From positions 1,600,001 to 1,664,000 of the forward strand of contig JBLWTJ010000001.1 in NCBI GenBank assembly GCA_048270185.1: a stretch of DNA of 64,000 bases, written 5' to 3'. Positions 9,272 to 18,890 of this stretch are shown here, one piece after another (position 1 is the stretch's first letter; each line of letters opens with the position of its first letter). The position numbers and the translations under genes are program-made. The notes beneath the pieces were generated by a model, which saw nothing but the letters and a program-made list of their open reading frames with translations, had not been told where the DNA came from and made no database searches. The DNA comes from Bacteriovoracaceae bacterium. GTDB taxonomy: Bacteria > Bdellovibrionota > Bacteriovoracia > Bacteriovoracales > Bacteriovoracaceae.

Positions 9272-11065
9272 ATGTATATTCTAGGAATCTCAGCATATTT
9301 TCATGACTCTGCGGCGGCCATAATTAAAGATGGGGAAATTTTATTTGCAGTCCAAGAAGAGAGATTTACTCGTATAAAAAATGATTCTGCCTTTCCAATA
9401 AACGCTATTAACTTTTGCCTAAAATCGGCCAACATATCGCTAAAAGAGATAAAGTATATAACATACTATGAAAAACCATTTATTAAATTTGAAAGATTGA
9501 TGAATAGTTACTTTCAAACAGTTCCTTGGGGATTTCAATCATTCAGAAAAAGTATGCCAATATGGCTTAAGGAAAAGCTCTTTACGAAAGACATAATAAT
9601 TAAAGAGTTATCTAAACTTGATAGAAACATAGATATTGAAAGTAAATTACTCTTTAGTGAGCATCACCTCTCTCACTTGGCCAGTAGTTACTATCCCTCA
9701 GGCTTTGAAGAGGCTACACTAGTTTCAATTGACGCCGTTGGTGAAAGTACAACAACAACAATTGCACATGCTATAGATAATGAGATAGAAATACTTAAAG
9801 AAGTACACTTCCCAAATTCTCTAGGTCTTCTCTACTCTGCCTTTACCTACTTCTTAGGATTTAAAGTAAATGAAGGTGAATACAAAGTGATGGGACTTGC
9901 CCCTTACGGAGAGGCTAAATATGTGGATATCATATTAGAAAAAATTATCGTTCTTCATGAGGATGGTTCATTCAAACTAAATACTAAATACTTCAATTTC
10001 ATTACCGGTTTAACGATGACCAATAATAAGTTTGAAAAGCTCTTCAATATCCAAAAGAGACAGCCTAATGAAGAACTTACTCAAGAACATATGGATTTAG
10101 CAGCATCAATTCAAGAAGTATTAAATCAATGTGTAGAGAGAATAGTTGTTCATGCTAAGAGTCTAACTAATTGTGAGAATCTATGTTTATCCGGTGGTGT
10201 CGCTCTAAACTGTGTCACCAATTCCACGATTAAGATAAAAAACATTTTCAAAAATATATGGATACAACCTGCTGCCGGCGATGCCGGTTCCGCAATCGGC
10301 TCTGCACTTGCTGCGTACCACATACATGAGGGGAAACCCTTACTAGAAGTTAAAGCTGGCCATCAAGACCATATGAAAAACAGCCTCCTAGGCCCTTCAT
10401 TTACAAATGATGAAGTTCTAAAGGAAATAGAAGAGCAAGGCCTTAATTACGAAAAGATTGAAAATGAAGATATTCTCATCAATCATCTACTTGATTCAAT
10501 TGAAAATGGAAAAGTCATCGGACTCCACAGAGGTGCACTAGAGTTTGGGCCACGTGCACTAGGAAATCGCAGTATCATCGCAGATCCAAGACTTAAAGAT
10601 ATTCAACAAACATTAAATTTAAAGATTAAGTTCAGAGAATCATTTAGGCCATTCGCACCTATTATCCTTGAAGAGCATTTAAAAGACTGGTATCACATCG
10701 AGGGCAATAGTCCTTATATGTTATTTACGGCACAACTTAAAGAGAACAAATACCAATCTAGTGATACTAATCGCAAGGGTATTCAAAAGCTAAAGCATAT
10801 AGATTCATCTATCCCTGGAGTTACACATGTTGATTATTCGTCACGTATTCAATCTGTAACAAAACAAAGTAATCGCTTTATTTATAAGTTACTAACAGGT
10901 TTTTTCCAACGAACTGGCTGTCCGATATTAATTAATACTTCTTTCAACACAAATGGAGAGCCAATCGTGTGTCACCCGAAAGATAGTATTAAATGCTTTT
11001 TACGAACGGATATGGATATTTTATATATTGAAGATTATATTATCAGGAAGAAAGAGAATGCTTAA
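9272..11065 (+). CDS. O-carbamoyltransferase, NodU/CmcH/SxtI/TobZ family
   Basis: ILGISAYFHDSAAA, EERFTR, HHLSH, EYKVMGLAPYG, GGVALN, EFGPRALGNRS, FRESFRPFAP, NTSFN. Confidence 0.96.
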   Translation: MYILGISAYFHDSAAAIIKDGEILFAVQEERFTRIKNDSAFPINAINFCLKSANISLKEIKYITYYEKPFIKFERLMNSYFQTVPWGFQSFRKSMPIWLKEKLFTKDIIIKELSKLDRNIDIESKLLFSEHHLSHLASSYYPSGFEEATLVSIDAVGESTTTTIAHAIDNEIEILKEVHFPNSLGLLYSAFTYFLGFKVNEGEYKVMGLAPYGEAKYVDIILEKIIVLHEDGSFKLNTKYFNFITGLTMTNNKFEKLFNIQKRQPNEELTQEHMDLAASIQEVLNQCVERIVVHAKSLTNCENLCLSGGVALNCVTNSTIKIKNIFKNIWIQPAAGDAGSAIGSALAAYHIHEGKPLLEVKAGHQDHMKNSLLGPSFTNDEVLKEIEEQGLNYEKIENEDILINHLLDSIENGKVIGLHRGALEFGPRALGNRSIIADPRLKDIQQTLNLKIKFRESFRPFAPIILEEHLKDWYHIEGNSPYMLFTAQLKENKYQSSDTNRKGIQKLKHIDSSIPGVTHVDYSSRIQSVTKQSNRFIYKLLTGFFQRTGCPILINTSFNTNGEPIVCHPKDSIKCFLRTDMDILYIEDYIIRKKENA

Positions 11066-12815
11066 ACTTGAAAAAGTAAAAGAACATATTTTAAAATTCT
11101 TTTCTCTCTACTTACTAGTTACTTTGTGTTTATTTCTTGGTAACTTTTCATTTACAAAAACTGACTTTGGAATTTATGATGCATATACGCGCAGTATCGC
11201 AAAAGACTTCGATCTCAATATAGAAAACCAACTCTACTTAGAAAACGCTCCCAAATTACTAACTGAATCCAATTACTTCTATAGCCAACATAATTATGGT
11301 ACAGGCTTGCTTATTTTTCCGAGCTATTACTACTCACAAGTAATTGTTAAGCTCAATGGTATTCAAAAAAGTGTTGATGAGAATATATACAGCCTAAATC
11401 AACCAAAGCTTAAAAAAGACTATTACAAACAGAATACAAAGCAATTCTTTGATGCCTATACCTTTGCTATTTTTACTTGTTTCTTATATATCCTCTTTTC
11501 ATTAAAGCTATTTGAACATATGCGAATACGCTATGAGATGACATCAAATCGAATCAGAAATAATCTTTTCTTTGGGTTGCTAATATCAGGTCCCCCTCTG
11601 TACTACTTAATGTATGAGCAGTCAGCACCAAGTCTACTTACAATTATTCCACTCTACTTAATTTTTAAATTTTCAAAAGATATAAAAGTTAAAGAAAATA
11701 CCATCGATAACTTTTGGCTAGGGGCGAGCTTTGGCCTAGGACTATTGATAAGAAATGACTTTGCATTTTATGGAGTATTCATTCTTCTTTGGTGGTATCA
11801 GCTACGTCCAAACATCAAGAGTCTTAGCCTACAAGCAGCAGGTTTAGCTACAGGGGCACTTCCATTCTTAGTTAGTAACTATGTAAAGGTAGCTTCTTTA
11901 TCAAACGGTTATCTTGCAACTTATGATTTTAACCCCGTTAATATCTTAGACACTATAATATCACCATTTGGTGGTATTTTACTCGTTCATCCAATATTTG
12001 CATTTATCATAGGTCTCTTATTTATTTTTTCACTAAAAAAGAGATCTGAGAACAAAGAGCTCACATGTGCACTTATCGTTTTAACACTGAAACTATTAGC
12101 TCTATCTTTAACATACTCCCATAATGGAGGCGTTTTCGGTGGACGCCAACTCATTGCTGAATATACTCTACTATCTATCTTTGCAGTTCTTTTAACAAGG
12201 CAAGTAACGGTTTTAGTTGTTCCAACTATTATCATGACATTCTCCAATCTAAAAAACTCGTTAATTTACGGAAATAGAGATTTATTAAGAATTAATTTTT
12301 TCTCATTTGATGACAATTACATAAGTTACTATAATCGCTTAAAGCTAAATTCAATCCTGCTTAGAGAAAACTTTAGCGCTCTTCTTAATCTACAAAATTT
12401 TCTCTATATTGTTTTGATATCATTTGGTGGAGTTATTATATTAATGACCCTTAGAAAGTATAAGATTAGGATGAAAGCGCAATACTTTCTAACATATGTC
12501 ATAATCATTCATTCGATATTAGTATTAAATGACTCATTAAAAAAATTTCGAGTAAAGAATGCTATAACAACGAATGACATTAACACTCTACTTTTTAACG
12601 AGAATGCTGGATCATTAATTGAGCGTATTCATTATCTTGAAACACGAAATCGAGACAAAGAACTCGAACAGACAAAAAGAAAACTTACTAATTATTATAA
12701 CAATACAAAAGTAACGAAAGACCTTAAGTATTTACTAATCGATGCAAATCCATATTATCTCGATTTATTCTCAAAGATGATCTTAGAGAGTACTTCAGTC
12801 CCTAGTAAGAAGTAG
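11058..12815 (+). CDS. Polytopic membrane protein, GT-C glycosyltransferase-like (paralogue of 15173-16987)
   Basis: Many TM segments; first-loop YDAYTRSIAKDFDLNIENQ; SHNGGVFGGRQL; start moved to ATG 11058, which overlaps the upstream gene end. Confidence 0.6.
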   Translation: MLKLEKVKEHILKFFSLYLLVTLCLFLGNFSFTKTDFGIYDAYTRSIAKDFDLNIENQLYLENAPKLLTESNYFYSQHNYGTGLLIFPSYYYSQVIVKLNGIQKSVDENIYSLNQPKLKKDYYKQNTKQFFDAYTFAIFTCFLYILFSLKLFEHMRIRYEMTSNRIRNNLFFGLLISGPPLYYLMYEQSAPSLLTIIPLYLIFKFSKDIKVKENTIDNFWLGASFGLGLLIRNDFAFYGVFILLWWYQLRPNIKSLSLQAAGLATGALPFLVSNYVKVASLSNGYLATYDFNPVNILDTIISPFGGILLVHPIFAFIIGLLFIFSLKKRSENKELTCALIVLTLKLLALSLTYSHNGGVFGGRQLIAEYTLLSIFAVLLTRQVTVLVVPTIIMTFSNLKNSLIYGNRDLLRINFFSFDDNYISYYNRLKLNSILLRENFSALLNLQNFLYIVLISFGGVIILMTLRKYKIRMKAQYFLTYVIIIHSILVLNDSLKKFRVKNAITTNDINTLLFNENAGSLIERIHYLETRNRDKELEQTKRKLTNYYNNTKVTKDLKYLLIDANPYYLDLFSKMILESTSVPSKK

Positions 12816-14128
12816 GTTTTTAACTGATAAAATGATCTCAACTGGAAAATTTGCTTAAGGATATAAGAGATATTGAAATAAAAATCTCTTTCATTCTTAG
12901 CTTTTATCTCTTGAATTCTTCGCTGGTAGGCTTGATCAACATGCCAATCAATAATCTCAGAACTGACATTGCCAGAGATAAAATCACTATCTAACAATCC
13001 TTGATTAATTAAATCATCGCGAAAGGTAGAGTTGATAACAGGGGATGCAACATTAAAAGAGGCAATATCCGCCCCGAGAGAATGAGCAAACAGACCCAAG
13101 TTCTCTTGTCCTGATAAGTCTTTATTATCGAGTCCAATGATAAAATATGCCAAAGTTTTAATTTTATATTTTTTTGCAAGCTTGAAAGCATTCCTTGTTA
13201 CTTCAATCGGTATAGCTTTCTTACATGAATCAACAGCCTCTTGATTATTACTTTCCACTCCAATCTGAATTGTATGACAGCCTGCTTTCTTCATCCAAAA
13301 GAGAAGTTCTTCATCTATCGAGTCAGCACGTATCTGACAGAGCCAGCTAAATCTTGTAGAGACGCTAATCATCAACTTACAAAATTCGATTGTTCTTTTC
13401 TTATTGAAGCCAAAGCTTGGATTATTAATAAAAAGCTCATATATATTCTTATCCCTCAAAGCATTTAGCTCTTCTAAAACACTCTCATCACTTCTGAAAA
13501 TATGCTGAACTCTCTCAAAAAAGCAAAATGTACACTTAAAGGGACATCCATAATCACTGACAAAATTTATAAAACGAGAAGTTCGCAATAGAGGATGGTT
13601 ATAATTGTATTTAAGAAATAAATTATGGTTTGGGACAGGGGTTGTTAACTCTCCTGTTATTTTATCAGATGCGATATTACGAATAGCAAATCCTATTGGC
13701 CGCTCCCCCCTCTGTAAATATTCCTTAATGTTGACCTGTAAGAAGTTTGTCACGATACCAAAGACAAAATTATTATCTTCAAGAATCTTAATAACTTCTG
13801 ATTTTGCATAATCGCCAGATAAAAATATTTTGGCTCCTGTTATTTCAAATATTCTTCTCAAGTAGACTTGATCTTCTTCCCAAGAGATTGATGAACACAT
13901 TGAAATAATTATTTCAGGATTAAAGCTAATGATTTCATCATTTATATCAGCTATAGAACGCTGGTCTTTCAATAAATCGAGATAAAGACAATTGTCTGTA
14001 GAGAAAAACCCTGAAAGATAAACAAGATCAGTACATGGCCACATATAACGGCCTTTTGTTTCGTGCCCACAATAGTAGTCACGACAAAAGCTCTTTGTGC
14101 CAGGAGGATTTAAAAATAAAATATTCAT
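12755..14128 (-). CDS. Cobalamin-binding-domain radical SAM protein
   Basis: ILFLNPP, GCPFKCTFC, RADS, AGCHTIQIGVES, YFIIG; B12 domain divergent. Confidence 0.85.
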   Translation of the reverse strand: MNILFLNPPGTKSFCRDYYCGHETKGRYMWPCTDLVYLSGFFSTDNCLYLDLLKDQRSIADINDEIISFNPEIIISMCSSISWEEDQVYLRRIFEITGAKIFLSGDYAKSEVIKILEDNNFVFGIVTNFLQVNIKEYLQRGERPIGFAIRNIASDKITGELTTPVPNHNLFLKYNYNHPLLRTSRFINFVSDYGCPFKCTFCFFERVQHIFRSDESVLEELNALRDKNIYELFINNPSFGFNKKRTIEFCKLMISVSTRFSWLCQIRADSIDEELLFWMKKAGCHTIQIGVESNNQEAVDSCKKAIPIEVTRNAFKLAKKYKIKTLAYFIIGLDNKDLSGQENLGLFAHSLGADIASFNVASPVINSTFRDDLINQGLLDSDFISGNVSSEIIDWHVDQAYQRRIQEIKAKNERDFYFNISYILKQIFQLRSFYQLKTYFLLGTEVLSKIIFENKSR

Positions 14129-14146
14129 ACCAATAACCGTTGTTCA

Positions 14147-14158
14147 ATATTATAATAT
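14147..14158. promoter_or_regulatory. Palindromic bidirectional -10 element ATATTATAATAT
   Basis: Perfect 12-bp palindrome giving TATAAT on both strands, in the 35-bp gap between divergent starts 14128(-) and 14164(+). Confidence 0.55.
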
Positions 14159-14163
14159 CATCA

Positions 14164-15207
14164 ATGCAAACTTATTCAATATATATAGGATACTTTAAGC
14201 GCCTAAGTAGACGTTTATTCAATTATTTCTCGGCAAAAATTCTAAGTCGATTTTCAACTTATTCTATTGCTCCAACAATGATTTTCCTCGGTATTACCAA
14301 CAAATGTAATATGAAGTGTGATTATTGTTTTCAGTCAGAAGAAAATAAGGATATTTTCGGCCACAGAGAGCAGGGCTTCATGAATGAGGAAACTTTCACG
14401 AACTTCTTAAATCAAATCGATGGCTGGGTTTCCTATATTTCTATCAACCTTTTTGGTGAGCCAACAATTCATCCTAAGTTAAAAAATTGGATTAAGTTAC
14501 TACATGATCGAAATATTCGATTAAATATTATAACGAATGGAAAAAAGCTAAGTGATGAACTAATTAAATCAATTGTCATCAATAAAGTAGAAAGAATATC
14601 ATTTTCACTTGAGGTAGAATCCTATAATTCAATTCGTATTGGAGCTAATTTTGAAGAAGTTATTTCAAACATAAAGAAATTGATTAATGAAAGAGGTAAT
14701 TCAACTTACCCAATTATTTCAGTGCAATCGGTAAAGAGCTCTCTAATTACTGATAAAGAGTATATTAAACACGAGAATTACTTAAAGCACATAGGTGTCA
14801 ATGAGGTTAACTTTTCAGAAATTAAAAACTGGTCAGGTGAGATTAAAACTGGAGATAATTTGATGGAAGGTGCAATTATTAATAAATGCGAGTATCCATG
14901 GACGACAATGACAGTCGACTGGGATGGAGCAGTGACATCTTGTTGTGAAGATTTTTCAATTAAAAATCAATACGCCAATCTGAACAAATCTCACTTGAAA
15001 ATGATTTGGAAATCTGAAGAGATTAAGAAGTTAAGAAAATATCTAATAAAGAACGATGTAACAGAACTTAAAGAAAACACAGGATGTCACAACTGTAGTG
15101 TCCTATTAGAGCCAGTAGGTCTAAATAGCAAGACATCTCTCAAAAACAATGTAAATTCCACATTAAATGAGATTAAGGCCCTTTATTCTGATCAACGTAA
15201 AGACTAG
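14164..15207 (+). CDS. Radical SAM protein with twitch/SPASM domain (BtrN-like Cys pattern)
   Basis: CNMKCDYC, FGEPTIHP, TNG, CEYPW...DGAVTSCC...CHNC; ATG 14164 preferred over TTG 14140. Confidence 0.9.
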   Translation: MQTYSIYIGYFKRLSRRLFNYFSAKILSRFSTYSIAPTMIFLGITNKCNMKCDYCFQSEENKDIFGHREQGFMNEETFTNFLNQIDGWVSYISINLFGEPTIHPKLKNWIKLLHDRNIRLNIITNGKKLSDELIKSIVINKVERISFSLEVESYNSIRIGANFEEVISNIKKLINERGNSTYPIISVQSVKSSLITDKEYIKHENYLKHIGVNEVNFSEIKNWSGEIKTGDNLMEGAIINKCEYPWTTMTVDWDGAVTSCCEDFSIKNQYANLNKSHLKMIWKSEEIKKLRKYLIKNDVTELKENTGCHNCSVLLEPVGLNSKTSLKNNVNSTLNEIKALYSDQRKD

Positions 15208-16987
15208 GATCAAAGTAAGGTTCACCATAGAATTCTCTAAAATATGTTATAAAATTATCTCCTCGCGGATTATAAACAATCCCGTCTTTTGCATCGTTAT
15301 ACAGATCTTTTCGTACATTCAGCAAGCCTAGATAGTATGATGAGTCCTCACCCTTTGTCGCCCTAACATAATTAATTCTTTCTTCAATACTTCCGTATAA
15401 TTCATAGAACATAAAGTAAGCTGTGCCTTTTCCTATTAATGCATTAGAAAAAAAATCTCTCTTCTTTAATTCGGATACATTGCGTGGAGACATAATATAA
15501 TTACTTATAGAGAAACCACTATAAACAACTAGAAATGAACAAACAAATACAGATATACCTTTGGCATTAATCTTTAGTGATGAAATAATATACAGTATTG
15601 CAGACAATAAGATTATTAGAGGATAAAAGCTTAAGAGTTTACTAACGATTTCGACAAGATCCTTTTTAAAGATCATCATTAAAACATCAATAAAAGCGCT
15701 TCTATTAACCATTATATATTTTAAGTGATCGGTATAAGTAACATCCCAAGGAATACTAAAATCAGTTTTAACTAAAGGAAAGCTATAATAGAAACATGCA
15801 ATAATACTCCATAGAGAGCTAAAGCTTAAAATGACTTTTAAACTGTTTGTTTTAAAATACTTTTTTACTAAATATGCAAATAAAAAGAAATCACATATAA
15901 ATGGCCTAGCTCCAAAAACTCCAGATCCGTGAGAAATAGTTAAGCCAAAAGCGATAATTTTTAGAATAACCGACAATGAAACTACAGCAAAGAATTGCTC
16001 CTTCATTTCATGATCTAATATTTTAAAAGATTGTTTAATACAAAGTAAAAGTAGTACTATGAATAATGGCGTATAGATAACAATGCCATGATAGCTAGAA
16101 AATAGAGTGTCTAAGAGAACATCCCAGTTGGCCTTTAAGTTGTGATCATATCCAAAGAATATTTGATCGAATTTCACATATTCATTCAAAAAAATAGGCA
16201 GTGTACATAATACAAAGCCTAGACCAGCAACGAAGCTTTCTTTCAATCCCTTTTTATAATTTGACTTAATTTGAGTTAAAAAAGGCATTCCAACGAGTAA
16301 TGTATAAAATACAAAGTCTACTTTTATGATAAAACCAACACCAATAGCGATTCCAAGAAAGAATGAATCTAAAAGTCTCCCTTCTTCTTTAACTTTTGAA
16401 TACAACATGAGAAGTAACGGAGACATGAATATAAGAGGTAAGCTTGCATTGCCTGTTTCGATTAGAAAGTAGTACAAAGTCGAGAGAGATAGAAAGATAC
16501 CTACAAATATCCACTTATGAATATTTAATTTAAACTGATCTGATACTTTAACACAGAGTAAAAAACCTAAGAAAACATAGAATACAGCTGAAAGTACTAA
16601 GCCAACATCGATAATAAATTCTGCTGAACCAGTGGCGCGCCAATAAATCTTCTGTAGCCCTCCTTCAAGTTTAATCTCATGAGGAACACTTTTTAAGAGA
16701 TTATCGCTGAAAATACTATTAATTATTTCAGAATAAATAACAAAAGGAGCCCACAATACACTTGTACCGTTACTATGAAAGTCAGGGTGATTATAGGTTG
16801 TTGTTACATTAAATTTTTCACCACCATAATACATTTGATTGACGAGATTAAAATCACCATCCTCAATAATACTCGTCGCATAACCGTGATAAACACCCAT
16901 CTCAGTTTGAGCAAAATCTTTTGGTAGTATGATAAAAGTTAAGGCCATAATCAAAATAAGGCCATAGAACTTCTTATCTTTTAGCAT
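15173..16987 (-). CDS. Polytopic membrane protein, GT-C glycosyltransferase-like
   Basis: YHGYATSIIEDGDFNLVNQ, LFSSYHGIVIYTP, SHGSGVFGARPF; many TM segments. Confidence 0.62.
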   Translation of the reverse strand: MLKDKKFYGLILIMALTFIILPKDFAQTEMGVYHGYATSIIEDGDFNLVNQMYYGGEKFNVTTTYNHPDFHSNGTSVLWAPFVIYSEIINSIFSDNLLKSVPHEIKLEGGLQKIYWRATGSAEFIIDVGLVLSAVFYVFLGFLLCVKVSDQFKLNIHKWIFVGIFLSLSTLYYFLIETGNASLPLIFMSPLLLMLYSKVKEEGRLLDSFFLGIAIGVGFIIKVDFVFYTLLVGMPFLTQIKSNYKKGLKESFVAGLGFVLCTLPIFLNEYVKFDQIFFGYDHNLKANWDVLLDTLFSSYHGIVIYTPLFIVLLLLCIKQSFKILDHEMKEQFFAVVSLSVILKIIAFGLTISHGSGVFGARPFICDFFLFAYLVKKYFKTNSLKVILSFSSLWSIIACFYYSFPLVKTDFSIPWDVTYTDHLKYIMVNRSAFIDVLMMIFKKDLVEIVSKLLSFYPLIILLSAILYIISSLKINAKGISVFVCSFLVVYSGFSISNYIMSPRNVSELKKRDFFSNALIGKGTAYFMFYELYGSIEERINYVRATKGEDSSYYLGLLNVRKDLYNDAKDGIVYNPRGDNFITYFREFYGEPYFDPSLYVDQNKGP

Positions 16988-17093
16988 TTTAAGAAGTAAT
17001 CTTCTAATACTCCTATCCCCTCTTTAAGAATTAAATACCTTATATTGTATCAAAGTATAAAACTAAAGTATAATAGGTACAAAAGAGAAATAT

Positions 17094-17816
17094 ATGATGG
17101 AAAATTTTAACACAAAAAAAGTGGCCTATTTACTCATTACAATCACAGTTTCAATACTTCTTCCTATTACATTATATGGATTAGTATTTGGTGGATTTTA
17201 TGATCTAGATGTACAAGGTCTAACAGAAGTAATTAAGACAACTAAAGCGCCTCACTTCTTGCTACTTATTCTACAACCACTAGGACTTCTATCACTAATC
17301 CCTCTTGCTGTGTTAATTACTAGAAAATTAATCGAAGACAATTCATATAACCTTGCATTTGCCTCTGTTATTTCGGCAATTCTTGTCACCATTACTTATA
17401 CTATTCCACAATTTGTATACATTATTATAAAGTATAAGTACGCAATTGAGGTTGTTGTGCAAAACACACCTTTTGAGCACTTTGCAAAAACTCCAACTGC
17501 AAAATTAATCCCAGACATATTAGTGATTATTGATACTATTCTTGTCGATGAACTGGGTTATTTCTTTTTTAATATATTTACTCTCACAATTTGTATTTCA
17601 CTATACCGCATATTAAAAGACAAAGTTATCTATTACTCTGGTCTTATGGTAACAGGCCTAAAGTTTCTGATGTTCTTAACAAATTTTATACTATGGGAAT
17701 TAAGAGAGATTCTTGCAGGAACAAAAGAAGTTATATCTATTCTGCTGATCATGTGGTTTGCATTTACAGGGATTTGGATTATCTTTAGTACTCGAAAGAA
17801 ATTACACTTTAAATAA
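17094..17816 (+). CDS. Integral membrane protein of unknown function (about 6 TM, DUF4386-like)
   Basis: Hydrophobic segments throughout; TATAAT at 17069-17074 and AGAG upstream. Confidence 0.6.
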   Translation: MMENFNTKKVAYLLITITVSILLPITLYGLVFGGFYDLDVQGLTEVIKTTKAPHFLLLILQPLGLLSLIPLAVLITRKLIEDNSYNLAFASVISAILVTITYTIPQFVYIIIKYKYAIEVVVQNTPFEHFAKTPTAKLIPDILVIIDTILVDELGYFFFNIFTLTICISLYRILKDKVIYYSGLMVTGLKFLMFLTNFILWELREILAGTKEVISILLIMWFAFTGIWIIFSTRKKLHFK

Positions 17817-18890
17817 GTATTGCATTATTCTTTTTGGGCTAAACATAATATTAGTTAGCACATCACATTCATGACGACAGAAACATTGGTTATTAATAAT
17901 ACGACCTTGAATTAATTTAGCACGATCAGACTTAACTAGTTCTTTTATGCTCATTCCATTAGAAACATTGCCAATAACACTATCTTTTTTTTCTGAAAGC
18001 ATCAGTGTCTCACATGGATAAATATCCCCATTAAAATTCAAAACTAGTCTTAATGAGCCTGAATAACATATAAGCCCAGAAAACTTGTTCGTTTCAAAGA
18101 CACGAGTTATATAATCAGCGCAAATGTCATCAAAAAACCTCAATAATTTCACAACTGGATTCATAGTCTTTTGAGCAAACTTGCTAATATGATTTTGAAG
18201 CTTCTTATAAATTGAAATATCGACATCTAATTCACTCTCATCAAGAGCTGAATTTCGCGCGAGAGAAACAGAGATATAGTCAGGGCCAAATTTACTTTGA
18301 GCACTATCATAGATATCAATAACGTGGGATTGGTTTGATGCTGTTTGAGTTACAATAAAGCCAATTAGTAAGTTCGGATACTTCATTTGTAGGTCTTTTA
18401 ATCCAGCATATGTCTCACAAAATTTCCGATAGGTATTCCTAACTCCAAAGAAGTCATCTGTTTTATCATTTGACTCTAAAACAGACATACTAATGTTAAC
18501 TTGCGTTAAAGGACATGATTTTAAAATTTCCTCAGTATCAGATAAGACTTTCTTTGTTAAAGTAGCATTTGTTGGAATCGATATATAAAGAGGTTTTGAG
18601 TGTTTGTAGATTGTCTTGACTACATCAACGAAGTCAGGACGAACAAAAGGTTCTCCACCAGAAAATAAGAGACGCATAAGATTAGGTGATTTCTTAAAAG
18701 CTGAATCCACTTCTTCTAAAGTTAAGTCACTGACAACATTATTTAATTCCTCATGATAGAAGCAATGAGGGCAAGTAGCATTACACTTACTTGTCACAAA
18801 ATAGGTTAATTCCACTGGAGTATTTTTAAAAATCATGGATTTTGATAAAAGAATATGACGATAAAGTCGGTATAAACTAACCAGCTTCAT
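17802..18890 (-). CDS. Radical SAM/SPASM protein (paralogue of 2861-3958)
   Basis: CNATCPHCF, SGGEPF, CYSG...GDIYPCE...CFCRHEC. Confidence 0.92.
   Translation of the reverse strand: MKLVSLYRLYRHILLSKSMIFKNTPVELTYFVTSKCNATCPHCFYHEELNNVVSDLTLEEVDSAFKKSPNLMRLLFSGGEPFVRPDFVDVVKTIYKHSKPLYISIPTNATLTKKVLSDTEEILKSCPLTQVNISMSVLESNDKTDDFFGVRNTYRKFCETYAGLKDLQMKYPNLLIGFIVTQTASNQSHVIDIYDSAQSKFGPDYISVSLARNSALDESELDVDISIYKKLQNHISKFAQKTMNPVVKLLRFFDDICADYITRVFETNKFSGLICYSGSLRLVLNFNGDIYPCETLMLSEKKDSVIGNVSNGMSIKELVKSDRAKLIQGRIINNQCFCRHECDVLTNIMFSPKRIMQYLFKV

Noticed and set aside
10953..11057. Long N-terminal extensions from the ORF track (also 9031, 39403, 39825, 44713, 46560)
   Set aside because: They overlap upstream genes or promoter-like sequence; downstream starts fit translational coupling and domain boundaries better.
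5508..11065. Saxitoxin cluster (sxtI/J/K-like genes, Rieske oxygenase, GDSL protein)
   Set aside because: No SxtA PKS-like enzyme, SxtG amidinotransferase or other core genes; the context is sugar metabolism.
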